Source: an uncultured Saprospiraceae bacterium (GTDB lineage: Bacteria > Bacteroidota > Bacteroidia > Chitinophagales > Saprospiraceae). Taken from it: a stretch of 64,000 nt of DNA. The stretch lies in contig CAZMMQ010000007.1 of NCBI GenBank assembly GCA_964567435.1, positions 31,931 through 95,930 of the forward strand, written 5' to 3'. The translations under genes were made by a program, and so were the position numbers. The notes below the pieces were generated by a model. The model was given only the letters and a program-made list of their open reading frames with translations. It was not told the DNA's origin and did no database searches. Numbering within the stretch: the stretch's first letter is position 1; every line of letters starts with the position of its first letter. Positions 54,035 through 61,260 of this stretch are shown in pieces.

Positions 54035-55039
54035 ATGAATCAAAATAAAGCTCATATTATAGCTGAAGCTGGTGTCAATCATAATGGAAAAATTGATTAC
54101 GCCGAAAAACTAATCAGCATTGCAGCCAAAGCAGGGGCTGACTCTGTTAAGTTTCAAATCATAAACCCTTATGGATTATATCTCTCAGGGAAATATAATT
54201 ATGGACACTATGACATAAAGAAAGTCATTGAAAACAGATTTAGCACGGTATTATCAGATAAACAATACAGACACTTGAATGGATACGCCGCAGAGAATAA
54301 TATTCAATTTAGCGCATCAATATTCGATTCAAAAGGTCTGGATTTACTTGCCTCTATTAATCCTCCCTATATTAAAATAGCGTCATGTGACCTTACAAAT
54401 ATCAGACTACTGAGAAATGTAGCGGAGAGAGGTATTAAAATGATATTATCTACTGGCATGTCTTCAATGCAAGAAATTGAATTTACACTCAATGAACTGG
54501 CCAAAGTGAATTTTCAAGATATTGTACTGATGCATTGTGTTTCCATATATCCTTGCCCGCTAGATAAATCCAATGTTGTTATTATCGATAAGTACAAATC
54601 ATCGTTCGGCTATGAAATTGGCTACTCTGATCATACGAGGACAAATGAATCAGCAATAGCAGCTTATTGTTTAGGAGCCAGGTGGTTTGAAAAGCACTTT
54701 ACCTTCGATAATTCATTGGAAGGTTTTGATCATAAACATGCCCAGGATGAAACTGGATTTATTTCATATGTAAATGCAATTCGAGCAATTGAGACTTCAC
54801 TCAGCTTACAAAAGCAAAAGGTTTCGGAAAAAGAAGCTTACACAGCTGAAAGAGCAAGAAGGTCATTATATGCATCAAGAGATATGAATGTCGGAGAAAT
54901 AATTAAAGATGAAGATGTACTCTGCGTAAGGCCTTCTTCTGAAATGAATCCTAATCAAATTGATTTATTAATTGGATCAAGTCTTAAAAAGTCCATCAAA
55001 AAAAATGCAGCTTTTACACTAAACCATATTAGTCAGTAA
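54035..55039 (+). CDS. NeuB/PseI/SpsE-family nonulosonate synthase, full length with C-terminal SAF domain
   Basis: IIAEAGVNHNGKIDYAEKLISIAAKAGADSVKFQ. 334 aa. C-terminus ..RRSLYASRDMNVGEIIKDEDVLCVRP.. is typical of the SAF domain. Confidence 0.8.
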   Translation: MNQNKAHIIAEAGVNHNGKIDYAEKLISIAAKAGADSVKFQIINPYGLYLSGKYNYGHYDIKKVIENRFSTVLSDKQYRHLNGYAAENNIQFSASIFDSKGLDLLASINPPYIKIASCDLTNIRLLRNVAERGIKMILSTGMSSMQEIEFTLNELAKVNFQDIVLMHCVSIYPCPLDKSNVVIIDKYKSSFGYEIGYSDHTRTNESAIAAYCLGARWFEKHFTFDNSLEGFDHKHAQDETGFISYVNAIRAIETSLSLQKQKVSEKEAYTAERARRSLYASRDMNVGEIIKDEDVLCVRPSSEMNPNQIDLLIGSSLKKSIKKNAAFTLNHISQ

Positions 55040-55041
55040 AA

Positions 55042-56028
55042 ATGAAGCTATGTTTCATATGTAAGGCTTCTGTCTCGGAAGGTATTGGGCATTTAATCAG
55101 ATCTATTACACTGGCGAATTACCTAAATAAACATCACCAAAATATAAATATAGAATTTCATCTAATCACTAATCTTAACTTAAGTCACAAATTTCAAGAT
55201 AAAAAGTATTCGCATTTTATTCACCACTCCGAAGAATTTATTTCTACTATAAAAAATGGTGAAATAATTATTCTTGATATGCTAACTTTAGCTTTGACTA
55301 ATTTCAACATCATTAAAGATAAGTTCATTAAGATAATTAGCATTTCTCCGATCTTCAATCATCTTGGAAATTGTGATTTACTGATAACCAGAACTAAGTA
55401 CACAGGGGAGGAATCACAACTAAATATTGAAATGAAAGCAGGTCTACAATTCAGTATTATTAGAGATGATTGTGAACGTATAGACTCTGGTTTATTTAAT
55501 TCCAACCTGAAAAGAAATAGTATCAATATCGCCTTAAGTATGGGTGGAACAGATCCAGAAAATGATACATTGACATTTCTTAATGAGTTAAACAAATTGA
55601 ATCATAAGGCCGTCTTTTGGGTATTATTAGGTGAGGAATATCCGCATACCTACGCTGATTTAATAGAATCGATAAATGCAACCAGACATCATGAAATTAT
55701 TCTTGCTCGAACAAATAGAAACATGTGGCACATTTTATCAAATTGTTCACTTGCAATATTAAAAGGAGGGCTTACCTCTTACGAGGCTGCTTATGCAGGA
55801 CTTCCAGCTATAAATATTTTCAAGGATAAGAAGAAGGCATTTTTAGTAAAGGAACTGGAAGAAAATGAAATCTGCTTTCCATCGTGTTTCAGTATTAGTT
55901 CTGTCGTTTCACAAATTGAAAAATACCTTTCCAAAAAAGAAATACTTCAGAAAAAGCATGAAAAAGCAAAGCAATATTTCACTATTTCTCCAATAAAAAA
56001 TGTAGCGGATGTCATCCTTAGTAGTTAG
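55042..56028 (+). CDS. PseG/SpsG-like UDP-sugar hydrolase / GT28-like protein
   Basis: The N-terminus KASVSEGIGHLIRSITLANYL matches the G.GH..R...LA motif of PseG-type proteins. A C-terminal Rossmann half has ..GGLTSYEAAYAGLPAI... Confidence 0.55.
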   Translation: MKLCFICKASVSEGIGHLIRSITLANYLNKHHQNINIEFHLITNLNLSHKFQDKKYSHFIHHSEEFISTIKNGEIIILDMLTLALTNFNIIKDKFIKIISISPIFNHLGNCDLLITRTKYTGEESQLNIEMKAGLQFSIIRDDCERIDSGLFNSNLKRNSINIALSMGGTDPENDTLTFLNELNKLNHKAVFWVLLGEEYPHTYADLIESINATRHHEIILARTNRNMWHILSNCSLAILKGGLTSYEAAYAGLPAINIFKDKKKAFLVKELEENEICFPSCFSISSVVSQIEKYLSKKEILQKKHEKAKQYFTISPIKNVADVILSS

Positions 56029-56053
56029 CTAAAGGAAATAATTTTAAATAATT

Positions 56054-56926
56054 ATGCTAGAAAAGACTTTCTGGTTTTTAAACAATCTTACAAAAAGTGG
56101 CTTAAGTACACTTAAGATAATTGTGCTATCTAAGTATTTTAATTCAGTAAAGAAAGCTGAGAATACGAAAAAAGTAATCATACTAGGTACAGGTCCATCG
56201 TTTAGTCATACGTATTCTAATCATCTAACGTACTTAAAAAACACAGATACCATTGGCTTGAATCATTTTGCTACCAAAGATGAATTCTCAGTTATTAAGC
56301 CAAATTTATATGTTATAGGTGCACCAGAATTATGGGATGAGACACTCTCTGAATCATATGTCACTAGAGCTATAAAATTATATAGGACAATTACTAATAT
56401 AACAGAATGGAAAATGACTCTCATGTTAGGAATAAATGCAAAAAATACATCATATGTTAAACTACTGAGAACTAACCCTAACATTACAGTTGAGTATTAT
56501 AACAGAACACCCGTTGATGGCCTTTCCTTTTTTAATCACTTGTTTTTCTCTATGAAACTAGGTATGCCAAGACCTCATAATGTCATGATACCATGTATTA
56601 TGATAAGTATATGGAAGGGTTATAAAAAAATTTATTTGGTTGGAGCTGATCATTCATGGCATGAACAGATAAGGGTAGATAACGACAATGCTGTAATTTT
56701 AAATCAGGAACACTACTATGACAAGAAAGAAAATTGGCGCCAAATGCATATGGCTGGTACTAGATGGAGGCTAATTCATGAGGTTTTTGACAAATTCAGA
56801 TTAGCCTTTTATGGTTATCATGTCATCAAAAAGTATGGAGACAGTAAGGACATCTACATATTTAATGCTTCAAAAAAGTCATATATAGACGCCTTTCCAA
56901 GGGTAGAATTAGAACAAAAAAAATAG
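56054..56926 (+). CDS. Candidate nonulosonic-acid transferase (GT42 CstII-like / Maf DUF115-like Rossmann motifs)
   Basis: KKVIILGTGPSF resembles KKVIIAGNGPSL at the CstII N-terminus. ..WKGYKKIYLVGADHSW.. resembles ..LGYKEIYLSGIDFY... Both comparisons are from memory of the families. The gene is last in the NulO gene string. Confidence 0.4.
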   Translation: MLEKTFWFLNNLTKSGLSTLKIIVLSKYFNSVKKAENTKKVIILGTGPSFSHTYSNHLTYLKNTDTIGLNHFATKDEFSVIKPNLYVIGAPELWDETLSESYVTRAIKLYRTITNITEWKMTLMLGINAKNTSYVKLLRTNPNITVEYYNRTPVDGLSFFNHLFFSMKLGMPRPHNVMIPCIMISIWKGYKKIYLVGADHSWHEQIRVDNDNAVILNQEHYYDKKENWRQMHMAGTRWRLIHEVFDKFRLAFYGYHVIKKYGDSKDIYIFNASKKSYIDAFPRVELEQKK

Positions 56927-57130
56927 AAAATAAGGCTAATTAGAGACGATATATAATTTGAATTAAATTTATTAGAATTATTATATCCACATTCCAGCTT
57001 ATTATTACTCTATTTAGGTCAAATTTCATAAACGATCGTTGAATATTTTCAAGGATCAAGTTTTACAAGGAATAAGTCTTATCTCTACTCTATCTTAAAG
57101 AAATTATGAGAATAAAATCTAGCTAAAAAA

Positions 57131-60100
57131 CTATCTAAATAATGTCAAGTCACCAAAAAGTCTAATCGGGGTTGAGTTGCAAGTATTTAATTCGACATTA
57201 ATTAAATATACATAAACACCTTGCTCTAACTGCCTTCCATTCAATCTTCCATCCCAACATTCATCTATATCTGAAGATTCAAATACTAATCCTCCCCATC
57301 TGTCAAATATTCTAAAGTCAAAATTCATAAGATCATATTCAGGTGCTTTGAATACTTGAAAGCAATTATTGTTGATAGAATTTGGTTGAAATATATTTGG
57401 GAGATATAAAACTTCTTCAACCAAAGCACTTTCCATCTCTGGCAATTCTACTTCAAACTCATATTCACAATTAAGTAAATCTCTGACAAAGAAGGTATAG
57501 CTACCTGGAGGTAAATTGTCGAAAACAGGTACTGAATTATATGTTATCTGGTCAATAGAATATTGAAACTCATTATCTCCTTCAATTTTTATTTCAATTG
57601 TCCCAGTACTTTCTCCCCTGCATGATGGGGCAACGGTCATATCTATATCAGGAAATGTAGCTTCTACTATTCTATAATGAACAGTTGAATCACATGTTTC
57701 TGTAAAGAACACCACTGTCGTATCTAAAGATGAACTGAAAGACTGGCTCATAATAATAAATGACTCATTGGGACACAATGTAATGTCTACGTCAGTCACT
57801 ATTGCATTAGCTTCTATAACATTTATATGCACTATTGAATCACAATTATCTACTGTATTCAAAATAAATTCCATTGATTCCCCTCCAGGTATTTCCAAAC
57901 CTAAGTACTCATAAGTTCCACCTGCGCAAACCTCTTCTTCTCTCATCACTTCAAAGGTTGGCAACTCACTAACCCACAGTATAGATATTGAATCACATCC
58001 ATCCATTGTAGATGCTACTATCGGATTAAAAGTATTAGGTCTAAAGTTCTCTCCATTTAACAAATAGGTTTCATCTGGACAAACACTTACAACCATTGTG
58101 TCCATACTTTGGACTATATCTATTTCTGATACAATCACAATTACTATAGAATCACAATTATCTATAGTCAGCAATTCGAAAGTTGCTGACTCCCCTCCCC
58201 TAATCTCGATACCCATATATTCAAAACTATCATTTGGACAAACTCTTTCTTCTATTTGCACCTCATAGCTAGGCAACTCTTGTACTATTAATACATAAGT
58301 GGAATCACAACCATCCAAGGTGCTTACAACTATTTCGTTTAGTGAATTCGGACTATAGTCTTCACCATTTAATGTATAAGTTTCATCTGGACAAATACTT
58401 ACAGTTAAGGTATCCATGCTACGAAAGACTTCAATCTCTGATACTATTAGCGTTACAATTGAATCACAATTATCTACAGTTTTGAACTCAAATTCTGCCA
58501 TCTGACCCGCAGTTAGTATAACTCCTTGATACTCGAAACTATCATCTGGACATACTTCTTCTTCAACGATCACTTCATAGTTTGGTAAGTCTTCTACTTT
58601 TAATATGAAAGTCGATTCACAACCATCCTGAGATGTTATTTCTACTGTATTAGTTGTATTTGGGAAATAATCAATACCATTCAAAGTATATACCTCACTT
58701 TGACAAATACTCACGAAAGTGGTATCAGTGTTTTGCAAGTCTATCTCTGTAACTGAAACGATTACTGTGGAATCACAATTGTAAGCAGAAACTAATTCAA
58801 ATTCAGTAGACTCGCCACCTCTTAGTTCTCTGCCCATATATTCGAAAGTCTCGCCAGGACAAACCAATTCTTCTTGTTTAGTCTGAAAATCAGGAAATGC
58901 ATCTACTATTAATATAGAGGTAGAATCACATCCTTCGAAGCTCGTTAACTCAATAGTATTGGTTGTATTAGGTAAATAATCAATACCATTCAATGTAAAG
59001 ACCTCATTCTGACAAACACTGACAAAAGTGGTATCAACACCTTGTAATACATCCATCTCTGTTACTGACACAATAATAACAGAATCACAATTGTCCTTTG
59101 TTTTTAAATAAAATTCTACAGTTTCTCCAATTGAAATATAAGTTCCTAAGAATTCAAAAACTTCATTTATACAAATTTCTGGATTAAGATGATTCTCATA
59201 ACTGGGTAATTCCTCAATCTTTAGTATGACTGTTGAATCACATCCTTCAGATGAGTTTAACACAATAGAGTTTATTGTATTGGGCAAATAGTTTATTCCC
59301 GCGTAATGATATACATCATCTGGACAAAGGCTGACTTGAATACTATCACTAAGCAGTGAAATATCCGCTTCCTCTACGTATAATATAATAGTTGAATCGC
59401 AATTATCTACTGTTCTAAGAGCAAATTCTACAATTTCTCCACCTTGGATACTGGTTCCCATAAAGTCATAACTCTCTCCAGGACATACTTCCTGTTCTAT
59501 CGAAATTTCATAGCTTGGTATTTCATTAGTCTTTAATATGAAGGTCGAATCACAAAGTGAACTTGCAGGAAGCACTATGGAGGTAACAGTATTAGGAGGA
59601 TAATATTCACCAAAAAAGTTATAGGATTCATTGCTACAAACATCAACTTCAAGCGTATCGAATCCTCGGGAGTAAAAATTGATAATGTTCGGCAATCCAA
59701 ATCGACAGTTTCTACCTTCATCTAAAGGGTCAATATCTAAATGATTTATAGATAAACTAGCATTGGTAGAACTGGGATTCACGATTGCGCTTAAATAGTG
59801 TAAGTGCCTGATAGTTACATATATATTCTTATCTGGTCCAAGTTGTAAAGCTCTTACTGCATTCGAACTATTTAAATTGCCGTTTACTAGAGGTATTTGG
59901 TCCAATAATTCTGTAGCCAACTCATATCTATAAATAATGCTAAAGCCTCCGATATAGAGATATCTGTTGTCAAAAGTAAATTCCAATCCATACAAGCTTT
60001 CACCAGGAATTTCAATAATCTTAGGATTTGAAATTGCACCTGAACTTGAATCAAAATCAAATAATTCAATAGCACCAATGCTTCTATTTACTAGAGCAAT

Positions 60101-60796
60101 TTTATTCCTATCAAAACTAGACTTCAAATAACCAACGCTATTAATAGAACTACCTCCATGAACGTTGCCAATTTTGTAAACATTTGGAGTATGGTTCACT
60201 CCTGCACAATCAACTGAAAAAACATAGAATTCATCATTATTCCAACCATGAGTTATTACCCAAAATCCAGAATTATCACTTTTTAGTACTGCATTAATTT
60301 TCTCAGATGCTGGACTAATCAAATCTATATTAAACCTACCTGGGACGATATCTCCTAGTGGATTAACCAAAGTACCGTTTCCTGGTAAAGTAATGTCTAT
60401 CTCTGTGTACTTAATGCCATCCCTTCCAGCAAGTTCATCTACCGTGAAAATGAAAAATAAATTGGGGTTTGACGGATTAGGAACTATCACTGCGGATTGA
60501 GATGAAGAGGAATGACCGCTTAAGGTTCTTGACGGATTTAACACTCTATGTGTATTATCCCATACTAATCTTCCATCTGTATAAAAAAGTAACTTGCCAT
60601 TACTATCAGACACACTTGCAACTCCTTCTTGAGTATTTAAAAGACCATTTGTCAAAGCAGAAGGTGGAGAAGTATTAAAATCTACTCCAGCTCTGTCTCC
60701 TAAATACCAAATATTTGAAGTATTAGATATATCTTGGGTGTAAATTATCGACGTACTAAGAATAGTAAAAACTAATAACGATTGTAAAGATTTCAT
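57131..60796 (-). CDS. Secreted repeat protein E: N-terminal ~350-aa propeller-like domain, 13 Cys..GCDS modules, SprB-like repeat, T9SS type B CTD
   Basis: The track ORF begins at TTG 60835. ATG at 60796 gives a clean signal peptide (MKSLQSLLVFTILSTSIIYTQ). N-domain: NIWYLGDRAGVDFN...TQEGVASVSDSNGKLLFYTDG... CTD: LYLPNIFQP...IFDRWGGLVF...WDGRLNGRQLEQGVYVYLI...GDLTLFR. Confidence 0.85.
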   Translation of the reverse strand: MKSLQSLLVFTILSTSIIYTQDISNTSNIWYLGDRAGVDFNTSPPSALTNGLLNTQEGVASVSDSNGKLLFYTDGRLVWDNTHRVLNPSRTLSGHSSSSQSAVIVPNPSNPNLFFIFTVDELAGRDGIKYTEIDITLPGNGTLVNPLGDIVPGRFNIDLISPASEKINAVLKSDNSGFWVITHGWNNDEFYVFSVDCAGVNHTPNVYKIGNVHGGSSINSVGYLKSSFDRNKIALVNRSIGAIELFDFDSSSGAISNPKIIEIPGESLYGLEFTFDNRYLYIGGFSIIYRYELATELLDQIPLVNGNLNSSNAVRALQLGPDKNIYVTIRHLHYLSAIVNPSSTNASLSINHLDIDPLDEGRNCRFGLPNIINFYSRGFDTLEVDVCSNESYNFFGEYYPPNTVTSIVLPASSLCDSTFILKTNEIPSYEISIEQEVCPGESYDFMGTSIQGGEIVEFALRTVDNCDSTIILYVEEADISLLSDSIQVSLCPDDVYHYAGINYLPNTINSIVLNSSEGCDSTVILKIEELPSYENHLNPEICINEVFEFLGTYISIGETVEFYLKTKDNCDSVIIVSVTEMDVLQGVDTTFVSVCQNEVFTLNGIDYLPNTTNTIELTSFEGCDSTSILIVDAFPDFQTKQEELVCPGETFEYMGRELRGGESTEFELVSAYNCDSTVIVSVTEIDLQNTDTTFVSICQSEVYTLNGIDYFPNTTNTVEITSQDGCESTFILKVEDLPNYEVIVEEEVCPDDSFEYQGVILTAGQMAEFEFKTVDNCDSIVTLIVSEIEVFRSMDTLTVSICPDETYTLNGEDYSPNSLNEIVVSTLDGCDSTYVLIVQELPSYEVQIEERVCPNDSFEYMGIEIRGGESATFELLTIDNCDSIVIVIVSEIDIVQSMDTMVVSVCPDETYLLNGENFRPNTFNPIVASTMDGCDSISILWVSELPTFEVMREEEVCAGGTYEYLGLEIPGGESMEFILNTVDNCDSIVHINVIEANAIVTDVDITLCPNESFIIMSQSFSSSLDTTVVFFTETCDSTVHYRIVEATFPDIDMTVAPSCRGESTGTIEIKIEGDNEFQYSIDQITYNSVPVFDNLPPGSYTFFVRDLLNCEYEFEVELPEMESALVEEVLYLPNIFQPNSINNNCFQVFKAPEYDLMNFDFRIFDRWGGLVFESSDIDECWDGRLNGRQLEQGVYVYLINVELNTCNSTPIRLFGDLTLFR
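57665..59640 (-). repeat. About 6 tandem copies of a 309-bp (103-aa) di-module repeat in gene E
   Basis: Two module types alternate. Type 1 example: VCQNEVFTLNGIDYLPNTTNTIELTSFEGCDSTSILIV. Type 2 example: VCPGETFEYMGRELRGGESTEFELVSAYNCDSTVIVSV. Copies starting at 58981 and 58672 are 309 bp apart and share 48 of the first 56 nt. Confidence 0.85.
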
Positions 60797-61260
60797 CTGA
60801 AATTGTTGATTAATGATTACTACATAAAATAGCAATATAGAATAAGAATTTCAAAAGGTAAAATACATTATCATCTCAAATCAATGAATTTGAAAACATC
60901 AACAACATGAGGATTTCAGATTCCAGCCTGAGTAATTATCATACATCTACCCTCATTTTTTACTGAATTAATTTCTTCGGTCACCAAAAATTCAGTTGAG
61001 ATTTTAAATTACTGAATATAATTTCCTCATTGATTTTACTTCTTAATCCGAAAAAGCATATGAGTCACTTAAAGAATAGATTCCCATGGACTTTATCATA
61101 TTTGAGGCTTTCGTAAAATCAATAAGTAGATGCTTTATCAAGGTATAAAAAATATGAAAGAAAAAGCCAAACTAAAAGACAATATTTAATTACATTTACT
61201 TCTATTAGAACCAAGAATTCACCAATTTTACCTAATCTTTTACTCATTTCAGCCAACCAA

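Noticed and set aside
60797-60835. The TTG start at 60835 for gene E, as given by the ORF track.
   Set aside because: It adds 13 residues (MLFYVVIINQQFQ) in front of a textbook signal peptide that begins at ATG 60796. The ATG is the more plausible start.
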